Shown: one piece after another, positions 1 to 12,675 of the stretch
How the letters are laid out: each line of letters opens with the position of its first letter
Position numbering within the stretch: the stretch's first letter is position 1
Assembly (NCBI GenBank): GCA_048013815.1
Contig: CM106585.1
Coordinates: 15,996,001 to 16,060,000, forward strand
DNA: 64,000 nt
Reading direction: 5' to 3'
Source: Setoptus koraiensis
Lineage: Eukaryota > Animalia > Arthropoda
Notes under the pieces: model-generated
What the model saw: only the letters and a program-made list of their open reading frames with translations
Told to the model about the DNA's origin: nothing
Databases searched by the model: none
Made by a program: the position numbers and the translations under genes

Positions 1-371
1 GGGTACGCTTCAAAATCAGGTGCTTTCTGGTGGAAGAAAACAGGGTTAGGAGCTGGATACGAAGCTTTAGAGTTTTGTCATCGACAGAGAAATTTCGTGA
101 ACAGAAAAATGTTTGTCACGAAATTTTCCGCCAAATGTTTGCCTGATACACGCATCCGTGCATCGATCATGAATATCGATTCGAACACTTTCGGTGAACA
201 GTGAACGTTATTTATTTATATGTTATTTACAACGGGCGCCAATCAATCGCGCTATGCGATTATTTGCAATTAGTAATTTTAATAATAATACGACAATAAT
301 AATAGTTAATTGAGAGAGAGAGAGTTTTTTGGGGGGCCAGCATGCGGCCATGTGCACTAACAAGAAAATCA

Positions 372-3300
372 CTACGATGAGCCTGCATGATGTGCTTTTT
401 CCAGCGAGTCCATTTGAATTCTCAGCGTGGTCAGATCACAGGTTACGTCATACCAGGGCGAACATTTCGTTGACGATTTGTCGAACCTCGTCTGGCGCGG
501 ACAGTCAAATGCGAGCATGTGGCCGGCGCTCGAGCAATGGAAGAACCTCTGTTGCATTTGCGTATATTCGTATATCGGGATATATGTTCGTGTATTGGGA
601 CAAATATGACAGATATGACAAAGTTAGTTGGCAGAATCGGCACTGAAATATCATGCAAACAAATATTGACTTAAGAGTTATTGTTGCGTACCTGACAGAC
701 GGTGCTCAAATCGGGATAAAATCCCATCGGTTTTCCGAGGCAACTGAAGGCCGCTTTTGGTTCGTCGCCGGGGGCCTCGTCATCGGGTGCACCGGTCGGC
801 TTCACCAGTGCGGCCGGTTTCACCAGTGCGGCCGGTTTCACAAGTGCGCCCGGTTGCCTCAAATCGAGCCGAGCGACCGCCGAGTCGGCACGACTGGCAT
901 TGATGCTTGCGTTCGTCACCATCGGATTCGTCCAAGAATCCAAACCGTTATCGGTCTTACCTGTGTCTGTTGTGTCGGTGGCAGTTGTGTCAACGGATGG
1001 CTCGTCCGCTGCACTGTCCAGTCTCCGCAGCGAATCGTCGCCGCTGGCCGGCGATAATTTAATGTATTTCAGACGCTGCAATCTGGTGAGAAAGTCCTCT
1101 TTCGATCTGGATTGTTGTTGTCGGTTGCTCGTGGGCATCTCATCTGCGCTGCCATTGTCCGTTGGCGTTGCTTGAAATTGCTCCGAAGAGCGAGCGTTTT
1201 CGTTTTTATCCGTTGCTGCAAATTTTTGCTGCAATTTACCGCCCGACAATCTGGCATTGAGCTCATCCTTTTGCACCATCCTTTGCGCCCGCAACAACCA
1301 ACTGATATTGTTGAATGCATTGTACAGGCCCAAACCGTGACGATGGCCGTCGAGCCAGCCATTGAGGCCCATTGTTTGAGTGTTGTGAGGTCGCAACAAA
1401 TTAAAAGACGAAAACACGCTGGTCTGGTCGTCGTGGTCGTTGCGGTTATTGATTGGGGCCCCGTTGAATGCGAAGGCGGCGGCGCTCGCGTTTCCGTCGG
1501 GCGTTGCGTACATTTGCGACGACAACGACGACGACGATTCATTGTGCAGCATAGAATCGAGGCCGCCGAACACGGGGGCCCCGTTGAACATTGTTATGGG
1601 CCCGGGCACCTGGTGCCGTATGGACGCTATTCTGAACAGCGCCAGGGCGCGATTTCTTTCGCGTTCTCGCCAGTCGAGCCAATGTTCAATGGACTGGTTC
1701 CGTTTGCTCGCCTTGTTCAGCTCCTCAGTGGCTATTGTGTCGACGCCCTCGGGCTCACCGAGCTCGTCGTGATTCTCGTCCAGTGTGTAGATAAGACTAG
1801 ATAATTTGTTCAGGCGGCCGCCTGAACTTGTGGCGTTTGTTGAGTTTATCGCGCCTATTTCGCTTATTTCGCCAACCGGAAATGCCGCATAGCCGGCTGT
1901 GCCGTTGACTGCTGTAGGAACTGCTGCTTGTGTGTGATTTTGCTGTTGCTGCTGATGCTGCTGCAATTGCGAGAATCCGGCCGAACCGGCATTGAGACCG
2001 TTGTAATTGAGCCTGCTCAGGCTAGAGCGAGGCTTCATCGAGAACAGTTGCTCGTAAAGTTTCATCGAAACGTACGGCACTGGCGCCATGTTATCGAGCG
2101 GGCCGCTCGCTGCCGAACGATCGTCGTCGCGGCCAATATGCACCGGAAGTGCGCTAGATTTAGTCTGTTGGTTGTGCAAATAGGGCGGCCGCATTCGTTT
2201 GCTGAGCGCGTACTCTTGTCGCGCTCTCTCTTGTTGCTCCAGCTGCTGCTGCTGCTGCCGCTGTGAATCTTCGTCGCCGCCCTCACTTCCGGTCTGCTGC
2301 GATGGCGTTATCTCGCCCACCAGGGTATACCCTCGTGTCGCGTACGGGTAGTAGTTTTGTGCCACTGAGAGTCTTGGGGCACTTGCATTGGAGCCCAGAG
2401 CGGACACGTTTGCGACCGCATAGTCGTTGGCGGAAATCTCGTAGTCGTGTCGGCGCGTTGTCGACGACAGTCCCGGCGGAAACGCGGCCCCGCCGAAATC
2501 GTCGCCGCCGCTGTCGTCGTTGCTGTCGCTGCCGCCGCCGGTGGCTGTCAGTTTGTGATTGTTGGGCAGCTCCCCGTAGTGATACAACAAATTAATTGGC
2601 CTGTTATCCAATCGATTGCTGTGTTGTCCAGTCGCATTGTTTCCGGTTTCGGGCCACTCGTCGGTGGCCGGCGCTTGATGTTGCGGCGGCACAGGGGGCT
2701 CCATAAAACGGGGCAATCTCGAGGTGCTCTGCTCGCCCGTTCGCTTCGTTGTGATGCTTCTCGAATCGTCGTCTAGCCGCTCGCTCGCTTGCTCTTGCTC
2801 CTCTTGCGAGGAGGTGTGCTCGTCGGCCGGAAGTGACGACGTCACCATACTTGTTGAGCCCGGATAGCCCGGGGTGGACCGGAAGTGCGCACCAGCACTG
2901 TCCAGCATTGACTCGGTGAATTTGGCCTCCATGGTCTGGTAACGTTCTGGCCATTGCGCAATGGTTTCGCTGTCGAAAAATTCACCTGTTGTTGCCGTTT
3001 GGGGCAGCGTGGAAAACTGGCGCATTGGCAGGGTATTTCGGGTGCCCCCCTCCTGCTCTGTGCCCGTCGCGTCTGTCGACTGGCTCGTCTGGCTCGTCCA
3101 CATGCCAACGCCGCTGTCTTGGTTGTTGTCGCCACTTATAACCATAGTGGGCCTGCTCGCCAAGCTGCTCACCTGAGTCACCTGAGTCAGCTGTGTCACG
3201 TGGTTCGGCTTGTTGTCGCCGTTGTCACTGTTGACTGTCACTGTTGTTGTTGGCAGCGCGTAGCCGCGGCTGCTGGCTGCTACTTGTGACGCACCCCCGC

Positions 3301-6300
3301 CACTAGGTGGCATCGGTGTCGTCGCGCTAATCTGCACCGCGTCGTCACCGTTGCGGTTCGCGGTTGTGGCGCTGCCATCGCGCTGCCATTCGGCCAACGT
3401 ATCCGGCTGGCTGGCATTGACAGTTTGCACAATTACGGCGTTTTCGTTGGCTTCGTTGGCGTAGTTATACTCAGTTGGCCGGCCCTGTTGTTGGCCAGCG
3501 CTGGTCAGCTCGAGCGTGCGAATGTCTCGCCAATTGTCGGCCCCGATTGTTGTAGTGGTGCCCAGGACGACGCCGGTGGCGGCCTCTGCAGCTCGGCCGC
3601 TCGAAGCTTCAATTGGAGCGCTTGCAGTCGAGCTGCTCGCCGTGATTGTGGTGCCAATTGTTGTGGTCTTGTCGTTGCAATTTGCGTCCACCGCCGTCAC
3701 TGGACCGGCGCCAGTGGGGCCATTGGCGTTGTCATTCATTTGTGACGTGTGCGCCGGCGACAATTGCACCGGCAAACGCTTGACCGGAAGTGCCGTCACT
3801 GTGGTCGGTGGTGCTGGCGTTGTGGTCGTTGTTGTGGTCGTCGTTGTTGTCACTGGCCTGCTGCTGTCGACTCTGTGCGCGAGGGTGCTCGACTTTCTGG
3901 TCGTCCAGTCGCCCTGGCCGACGATCAAGGCGGGAAAATTCAACTCTTTTTCGAGCTGACCATTGTCCGGCAGCGACCACGGATAAAGCGTAGCCGTCCG
4001 CTGATGCTTCGCGCCCGAGCTGCCCTTGGCTGTGCGCTGCTTGTCCGCCGCCGACGCGGTATCGCTCACTTTGTTGTTGTTGTTGCTGTGGTTGTTGTTG
4101 TTGTTGCTGTGGTTGTTGTTGTTGTTGCTGTGGTTGTTGTTGTTGTTGTGGTTGTTGCTGTTGTTGGCGCCCGACAGACTCGGCCAGGTTTTCAGCGACT
4201 CGCTCACGCCGGCGCCCAGCTGATCGGGGTGCAGCAGAGATTTGTGCAGGGATTTCTTGGCGCTGCTTCGCAGCGTCTCCGATTTGGCTCCGCTGGCCAG
4301 CTTGTTATGTAATGTGTTTGTGTGCTCATTGTCGTGCATGGTGCTGATTCTCATGAGTCGCGCAAAGGGCGCTTGTTTGGCGGACGGCCGCTGCTCTTGC
4401 AGCCAACTGGACATTGTCATGCTGCCCGAGGCGGCGCTGTCCGCCTGCTGCTCGGGCCTGGCCGTTGTGCGCTTGATGTCGGTCCGAGCGGGGCCCTTTT
4501 CCCGCGACATAGGCCTGCCTTTGGGCACGGTCGCGCCCGGCAACACAGTGGCCGGTCGCCGCTCGTTGGCAGCCCAATTATTGGCCTGGTCGCTCGGTTT
4601 CGCTCTGTTGACTCTCGAGCGGCCGCTCACCTGTTGCTCGTCGGCCTGACTAGTGGCCGCTTCGGCGGGCAGCGGTGACCGCGTTGCCGCGACCACTTGT
4701 TGCGGTGACCGCGTTGCAGCGACCTCTTGTTGCAACGGCCGCGCCTTGCCTGTTGGCGAGCTTGCCAACTTGTCCGAGTCCAGCGATTTAAATGCCGCCT
4801 CGGCGGCGGCCGTGCTCACGTAGGCCGGCCGCCTGGTGGTGGGCGCAGATTGGCGGTTGTGATCGATTTGAGATTTCTTTTGGCCGCCAGCAGCCGCCTT
4901 GCTGCCGGGACTCGCTGACGAGTCCACTGGCTGTCTGTGCCTCTTGTCCGACGACGCCAACAGCGGCCAGTCGAGATTTTTGTCGCCGAATTCCTTGGAC
5001 AGCGACTTGGACAACAAATCATTATTGGTTTTGCCATTCACACTGGCCGCGCTCTTTCTCATCACTAATGGCTCTTTATCAAATTTTTGTTCGACGCCAA
5101 CGGCCAACGGTGCGGCCTTGGCGCGCTGCTGCGGCATGCTGGCCGGATCGTCCGCGGCCAGCTTACCTGTGGAATTGTTTCGTTTGTTGTTGCTGTTGCT
5201 GTTGATGTTGAGTTGTTGCTGCTGCTGATCGATCAGCTTATTGATGGCCTTGACAGTGTCGCGAATTTGATTGCCAAAAGCCAGCCGAGTCAAATTGTTG
5301 ATAGAGGCAATAACAATCTCTTCGTGACGTTGCTCGCTCAGATCGGGCCGGCTTTTGGCTGTCACAATGTCGGCCATTCTCACTGTCTGGCTGTCTGCCG
5401 ATGCAATGCCGCTGAGATTTGTTGCTGGCGTTGGCATTGGCCCGTCATAGGACACGATCGAAGCGGCCGCCGAACGGTTGCGGTTGCCGCTGGCGGTCAC
5501 TCCTGTCACTTCCGGTGGCCGCATTGTTGTCGTAAGCAGAAGCTTGTGGGTCATGCTCTTGTTCGGCTTGCTCGCCGGGCCGACAGGGGCGCTGTTGTCG
5601 TCATCTTTGGTGAATGCCAAACTGCTGATTTGTGTCAACTTCGGCGTGGCTGGCTGAGTCGCATTGACCAACAGCTGACCACTGGGCTGGCCGCTCGGCC
5701 GCTCGCTTGACTGCAGCTGACGGCCACCAGGCGGGCCGGGTGAGGTAGCGGTTTGCGCGGTGACGGTCGGATACGACGGGGCCGTCGTTTCGGGCTGCTT
5801 CGGGCTGGTGCCGCTGTACAGGTGATGATTCATTATCTTCCAGCCGCTTGTTTGAATATCGCCCGGCGTCACACTGAATCGGTGATTTGTCAACGACTCA
5901 GAGAAATCGGCTGCTGCCATCGTCATTGTGTCCGCCGCTGCCGCTGCCGGCGAGTTTTGCAAATTTGAAGCTGCTGCTACGGCCGCGGATTTTCCAAACT
6001 TGGCCTGGCCAGACTGCGCGGCGCCCAGCTGATGCCTTGGCTTGTCACCGTTGGCCTGCTGAGATTTATTGTGCTTGTTTGGCGCGCCAATCATTTTTTT
6101 ATCCGCGCTCGAGCTGTCCGCTGTTTGTTTGTGTTTGTTTTTGACGCTGCCGTTGTTGTTGTTGTTGCTGCCGTTGTTGTTGCTGTTGTTGTTGTTGCTG
6201 CTCTGGCCAGACTGCTGCTGCCCCGCCGCATACGACCTCTCTATAATTGATGATGCAACTTTCAGCTCGTCGTGCTGCTGCTGCTGATTAAATGGATCAT

Positions 6301-9300
6301 GCTTGCCGCCGCTGCCGCCAATAAGCTGCTGACGGCCCGTCATGTCGGGCGCGCCGCCAGAAACGGGCGTCTCGACACTGGCCAACACACTGGCTATGGG
6401 CGGTCGCGCCGACCGGACGCCGAACGGATCCACGGTGGGCCTTATATTCGCCAAGTCAATCTTATGCGGCTGCTGCTGCTGCTGAGCTATCTGTTGCAGC
6501 TGACCAGTGGGATCCGCGGGATAAATGCCCATGGCCTGGAGTGGTCCAACTAAGCCGGGCAACGGGATGCGGTCCCGTTGTGTGGATTTGTGCTGGGCAT
6601 TCGCTGTTGAAAAATCGCCCGGCCGCGATGGCGCAAACGCAGCAGCACTTCCTGCGGCCGCAGTGGCTGGCTTCAAATTATCAAAAAATTGGCACAATAT
6701 CGAGCGCTTTTGGCCGTTGTAAGGACCCGGCAGAACAGAGGCCAGCAGATTGGACGTTTGCTGGCACAATTTCGACAGGCTGCTGGCGGCGCCGTCCGAA
6801 AGCGAATGCTGACGATTGATGAGCGACGATGCCGGCGAAACGGCATGGCTCGTCTTTTTGGCATCATCATTAATAATAAAGTTATTACCGGTATTGTTGT
6901 TGTTGTTGTTGTTTCTGGCGTTTAGAGCAGCCGTAGTCGGTGCGGCCAAATCAACGGGCGCAGACCGATAAAAGCCCTGGTTACTATCACTGCGATAATT
7001 TATTATCTGATTGTTATTTATTATCCGTTTAAGTTGCGTGCATGGATTTGTGGTGATGAGTAAATAATACAAATATAATACAAATGTAGATGGAGTTAGT
7101 GTGAGCATCCCTTGTTTACGATCATGAGTTATGGCATCGCGCGTCTCGTGTGATCCAGTTTGATCATCAAACTTCCATCATCAGACCAGATCCGACGCTG
7201 CTCAATCTTCACTTCGACAACCCTCTTACCTGGTGGTTATTCCTCGCGTTTGCATACAAATATTGGCCGTCCACTGGAAGCAAGCCGGCTGTTTGGGGTT
7301 ATTTAGGGTATTACGGGGTGGCAGAATTGAATGAATGAGCATTAATAATTAGACACAACATCGCTGGCATCGCAACTTGCTGCAGTTGTCCAACACTGGC
7401 AAACAACCGATTCACAGCAAGATAACAGCAACATTGGCTGCGAGATCTTATCAACTGCTAACTGCGGTGCTAACAGTATGATTTATCGACAACGTTATCA
7501 TTGATGGGACGGAGAGCTCATTAGAGTGTTGATAATCTCTCTGTTTGTGCGGTAAGCCTTCGGGCCAAGACGAAATAAAACGAGCCAAAACAAACTAAAT
7601 CTACTCAGCCTCTTTTCCAAGTTTTGTCCGTTGATGTCACTCGAATTCGGAGCAACACTGCGCCCTGTTCAATTTACCCCATTGTTTTCCATCATCGGGC
7701 AGACCTCATGCTTAGGGGCGCCCGTGAGAAGGTTGACAGTGTCAACTTGACACACGGACGGCCTGACATCGGGCACTGTTATGGGTCATAGTCCCCAAGT
7801 GGGCTAGAAAGACCCGCTTGCATATTTCGGGAAAAATTCATCATTTCCCTTTTTTTCGGTTTTCCAGGTTTCTCGAAATTCAGAGTTCGAGTGCGGCTGA
7901 AAAAACGAAAATTTTCCCACACCTGATGCAACATAGCCGGGCTAGGGCGGGCGAAGTGCGCTGAAACAATGAACCACATAAAATGGCCATTTCGATTTTT
8001 TCTGCAGGCCTCATTTGGAAAAAAAGAAATCTTTTATGTGATTTGTTTTTCATTGAATAAAAAACGACCAACTGATTTTGCGCCGATTCAATGGATGAAA
8101 ATTGCAAAATGAAACAACTCGAAGATCATTGCAAAGAGACGCCAATGCTTTTGCAATTTCTCAGGTAGGGCTCGATCAGCTTTTAGAGTTTCGGGCCGAT
8201 TAGCAAAATTTCACGATTTTCAGACATTTTTCCGCTTGATTGTCAGAATGAGTGAGTGGATGAGGAAGACATTTGGAAATGTTAGCATTTGAAAGAGTGG
8301 CTTGACTACTGTTTAGCTGAATTAGTTCACGAAGATTGAATGAGTGGCGATCGCCGGTAAGTAATTCTATACAAGTTCAATAGAAGAGAAAACGTGCTCC
8401 GAACAGCAGAGGCAATCGGATATTTATAACCATGTTTTGTTGCAACAAACAATGCGTGTACCAACTCTAATAATACATGCATTGCGCGCATGCAAAATAT
8501 CGTCATTGCTAATGAGAATCATTAGAATTATTCGTGTGGAATCGTAGCGAACACAAGCGCAAAGTTATCTTAGAAATCTGTGTGGTTTGATGAATGAGAA
8601 ATGTTCGTCTGATTCGGTGAAAGCATTCGCGAAATTATGATGCAAAGTTCAAGTCAGAATCCATTGATGTGAAGATGGGCTAAAAGTTGAGCGAAGTTGC
8701 AGCTCGAAATCAATTGGCATAGTTGTTGCTGCAGGCCGAAATTTTCGCAAACAAATATGCGACTTATTTGCGAGCGGTCAGGTCACCATCGCAAGCTGAT
8801 AAAATCAAGCTAACAAGTAGACAAGTGTCTCTCTGACCGGCACAGTCTGGCGAGCGCGACACAGACAAAAGTTTGCCCGGCGATCTCATCTGGTCGAGAT
8901 ACATTTGGCAAGATTGTTGTGTGGATCACGAAAGGCATGAGAGAATAGCGCGGCTAGATCTCACACAGACTCGGTGATGAGATCACACTTATTATTGTGT
9001 CATGCCTACTGTTGTTACATTGTAGCCATTGTCGTTGTGCCACCATGTCCACCAAATAACACAATATTTGGTAGACATACTAAATATAGCCTGGTCGCAA
9101 AATGAATTGATTTCGCCTGAGAAAAGTGGTTGCTTGTGTTGCAGTTCGTGATAGATGTGCCATTGAGGCTAATTGACTGCGAGCGAATTGCGATTTTGTG
9201 AATCAATTATCTAATCGCAAGCATCATTAGTCGTCTAATTATAACTGCGCCAGCCGTAGACAGGAACAAGTGTCAATCGGCGCCGGCCGAATTTGCGCCG

Positions 9301-10850
9301 AGCGTTCTCAGCGAGCTCTGTTGGCCTAATAGTATGCGACTAATAGTATGTGACTAATAGAGTTGGCTCGTTCCGGTGACCGACAGCCAAGCGACGCGAA
9401 AATCATACAAATAAGCGCAGAAAAACTCAAATTTGCAAAATTTTTCTGCAAACATCCTCCGAAATCGCAGACATCTCCCCGAAATCGCAGACATCTCCCC
9501 GAAATCGCAAATAACTGCCCGAAATTGTGATTATTTGCCCGAAATTGCAAATATCTCCACGAAATTGCCAATATTTGCCCAAAGTTGCAAATATCTGCCC
9601 GAAATTTGCGAAATGTCAGCTAATGTTTGCGCCGCGTTGCCCCGAATCGCAAGTCCCAATGCCGTCGAGCGGCCTCACCTGCGCTCAGCTGCGCCGGCCG
9701 CCAGATTTCATAGGCAGATAAGCTTGCATGAGTTGCGTAACTGTTGCCGAATTGTCGAAACGGAAAACTGTTGCTCTATTTGTGCGCCAGACGCAGTTTT
9801 TTTGCGCAATATGCGCAGCATGATGTAACAAATGGCTCACACCGGCCATTAGATGGTGCGAGATGATAGATAATGGTTCGTGATGAATGACAATGAGTCA
9901 GTCACAACAAACAACTTTCAATCCCGAGTTGTGTTCACGATCATGCAAACGAGTGCGGCCCGATGTGTTCGGCCACATTTGGCGAGCTTGGCGAGCGCGC
10001 CAATCGCCGAATCCTTAGCAGCGGCGAGACATGGGCAGAGATATTATTTCGAGAGAGCGATCACGGTTCGTCCATTTGTCGATGCAGTCGCTGCGCTGGC
10101 GTGACACACTGACCGTCGTCGGGTATCGCACACCTTGCAACTGTGGCAACGATTTCACTTACAGAAGTGCCGAAAATTGCCAGTGTGAATGTTGCAAATG
10201 TTGTGAGAGTGTTCGTTGCGCGAAGGCACATCGTTCGAAGGCAACTCTCCCAGACGGCGCTGACGGGTTCGGCGGGTTCACGCAAACATTGGCACAAATT
10301 TGCAGCTTGTTGTTGCAAATTCGTTCAAATTGCTGCAATTTCAACATTGCCGATTTGAAACAACGGCCGCGAACAGCGGCCGCAAACAACGGCTACACAG
10401 GCAACGATAAAATGAAATATGTAAAACACTCGCCGGTGATTAAATAAATGGCGCCACGATGATACACGATACTGGCAACAACAAATTGTTGCGCAACTTG
10501 CAACAATTCATTGCAGACGGGCTGCCAGACGCTCTGGCCGGCCGACACTCACCTGAAAGGGAGACGAGCACGATGCCGATGGTCGCCAGGCAGACTGGCG
10601 CTTGTGCGAAATCTCTGGCGTTTCGCTTCGTTTTCTTCGTTGTTTCTTCGTCGTTTCGTGACACGATATTTAAGGATGATGATTGCAATATGTCGTTGAG
10701 TTCTTTGCTCAGGCCACACGCTGCCTGTAGGCAGCTGTTGGGCCCATGTTGTGGGCCACTGGACGTGGCCATTGTTTTGTTTGTATTATTCACTGCGGTC
10801 ACAGTTTTGCGGTCACTTGGCCACCTGAGTGATCCGCTCTGTCCATTCAT
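372..10850 (-). CDS. Giant secreted mucin-like protein with a single C-terminal chitin-binding peritrophin-A (ChtBD2/CBM14) domain, CPAP1-like; ~2,282 aa
   Basis: Hand-built exons: 10553-10850, 7230-7288, 692-7006, 372-548. All three introns are GT-AG (GTGAGT, GTAAGA, GTACGC donors) with matching phases (1,0,0); total 6,849 nt, divisible by 3. Splicing creates a signal-like segment (VCLATIGIVLVSLS-AGLLPVDG) and a complete six-Cys domain FSCLGKPMGFYPDLSTVCQ/RFFHCSSAGHMLAFDCPRQTRFDKSSTKCSPWYDVTC (spacing C14C5C10C12C7C). The start Met is uncertain. Confidence 0.85.
803..852 (-). repeat. 18-bp coding tandem repeat x3 (ALVKP[A/G])
   Basis: cttcaccagtgcggccgg-type units repeated just upstream of the chitin-binding domain. 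Confidence 0.85.
4072..4165 (-). repeat. Coding Asn/His repeat (NNNNHS)n, 18-bp unit
   Basis: ttgttgttgttgctgtgg units; translation NNSNNHNNNNHSNNNNNHSNNNNHSNNNN. Confidence 0.9.
9461..9620. repeat. 20-bp-period minisatellite x~8 in intron 1 of the chitin-binding gene
   Basis: gaaatcgcagacatctcccc x2, then degenerate copies such as gaaattgcaaatatctgccc in exact 20-bp register. Confidence 0.85.
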
Positions 10851-11094
10851 GGGTGCCGATGCTGCTGCGATTGCACTTGAGTTGGATTTCGGAATAGCTT
10901 GAGGTTGACTAATTGATTGATAAGAGGCAGTTAATTGATTGATGAGTGGCAGTTAATTGATCGATGAGTGCTAATTGATGAGTGGACTGTTTCGGTGGCT
11001 GAACAATGGCCGAAATCGCATTTCTGATGGCTGGAGTCTTGCTGAGTGTCGCTCTGAACGTGCTGGCATGTTGCGTCTGATTTGGAGGCGAAAT

Positions 11095-11190
11095 TTCGGC
11101 GACAAATCGGCTGAAAATCGGCGAAAAATCGGCTGAAATCGGCTGAAATCGGCTGAAATCGGCTAAAAATCGACGAAAAATCGACGATCG
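11095..11190. repeat. 10-11-bp-period minisatellite (GAAATCGGCT)n
   Basis: aaatcggctgaaaatcggcgaaaaatcggctgaaatcggctgaaatcggctgaaatcggctaaaaatcgacg. Confidence 0.9.
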
Positions 11191-12543
11191 GCGAGGCAAC
11201 CGAACACAGAGATTCTCTGTCAGAGAAGAGTCGTCGGAAAGTTGGCGACTTTTTTTCGAATTCTTCCACTTCGTTCGGGCACACTTTCGAATGCTGTGTC
11301 GAACGCGCTTTCGAATGCACTTTCGAACGGGCCTTCGAGTGGACGCGCTTTTGAGACTTTCGGCGATAAAACGTGAACTTTTCTGCGACAGTTCGACTGA
11401 CTTGCTGTTTGACTGGTGTCGTTCACTCCGGCAGATGCGATCTCTGTCTCGGTGTCAGCTGCTCAACTGACCCAACCAGGCCGAACAGTTGATACTGGAA
11501 GGTTAATACTCTTGCTACGGGCTCGCTGCGGGCTCGCTATGGGTCGAGTGGCAGCAACTCTGAGACGATGGTCAGCGCAAACACAATGATGTCACATTAG
11601 CGGTCTTGATGACTGTAACTGGCTCTAATTGGACTAACTGTGCACATAATGCACATAATACAGATTTAATTGGCGATGGGACGAACCGCTTGCGATGACT
11701 TTTACCATATAATGAATGTGATATGTGATATTTGATATGCTTCAACTTGCCGTCAACTTGTCGAGTTGAAACGTTGAGTTAAAACTTGTGAATGTCACTG
11801 GCCGAAACTGAGCGCACCTACGATATAAACCAAAGAAACAAATCGCCTGTTTGAACAGTGTTGTTGCTGTTGCGACAAACGGGCGACGTTGCTGTTGCTG
11901 CTGCGGCGGAGGGCAGATTCACCTGTATGTTCGCTGTTGAACCGCTTCTTCGGCTCGGTTCACCTGTCGTCCGACTTGCGACTAGCGGTTTAAATAAAAT
12001 AAAAGATAAGGCTTGACGAATTGGCTTCGGGTGTCGTCCTCGCCGGCGATGCTCAGCTGTGTGTATGACGGCAAATGTCAGAGTGGCTGCTGGAGTGCGT
12101 AAGAGCGGTGCATTAATAATTGAAAGCTGCCTGCGCCGCTTGCGCAATCGGCTTCGCTGCGAACTTGGAAATTCTCAGCCGAACGTTCTCGGCCGAACGT
12201 TCGAACATGCCAACGTTCGGCCGGTCCAACGTTCGAGCGTTCGACGGCCAGCGGTCAGTTGGGCGCGAATGTCGCCGCCCACCCGAAGCTAACGGTGCAG
12301 GCGAGTCGTCGGTGCCCCGCGAGCTGGCGCAAAGTGCCAAGGCCTGAGACTGTTTCGCTGGACTGACCGCTTCGTGAAAGCGATTCACTTGTTGCGCTGA
12401 GAACTTTCGTTGCTGGAGATGCGCTGCCCGCAACTGGCTCACTTATCATGCGCAGGTTACATAATAGCTGACCACTAACAAGTGTCGGCCGGCCGCTGTT
12501 TGCACCGTCCACGGTCTCCACTTACTTCTACGGCGAATGCTCA

Positions 12544-12675
12544 CACTATCCACAGACTATCCACACGATATCCTTACAGTATCCACACAATATCCACACA
12601 ATCTACTTACAGTATCCACACAATATCCACACAATCTACTTACAGTATCCACACAATATCCTCACAACATCCACA
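12544..12675. repeat. 11-bp monomer array with a 33-bp higher-order unit
   Basis: cagtatccaca-caatatccaca-caatctactta repeated twice exactly, flanked by degenerate 11-mers. Confidence 0.9.

Noticed and set aside
653-6925. Dozens of 60-230-aa ORFs overlapping the giant minus-strand exon
   Set aside because: Shadow ORFs of a GC-rich, low-complexity coding exon; poly-L/V/C runs are antisense or alternate-frame reads of poly-N/Q/T.
7007-7108. N-terminus MLTLTPSTFVLYLYYLL of the 2,145-aa ORF as the real start
   Set aside because: Better explained as intron sequence: a phase-0 acceptor at 7007 joins an upstream exon that supplies a signal-like segment. Not fully excluded as an alternative start.
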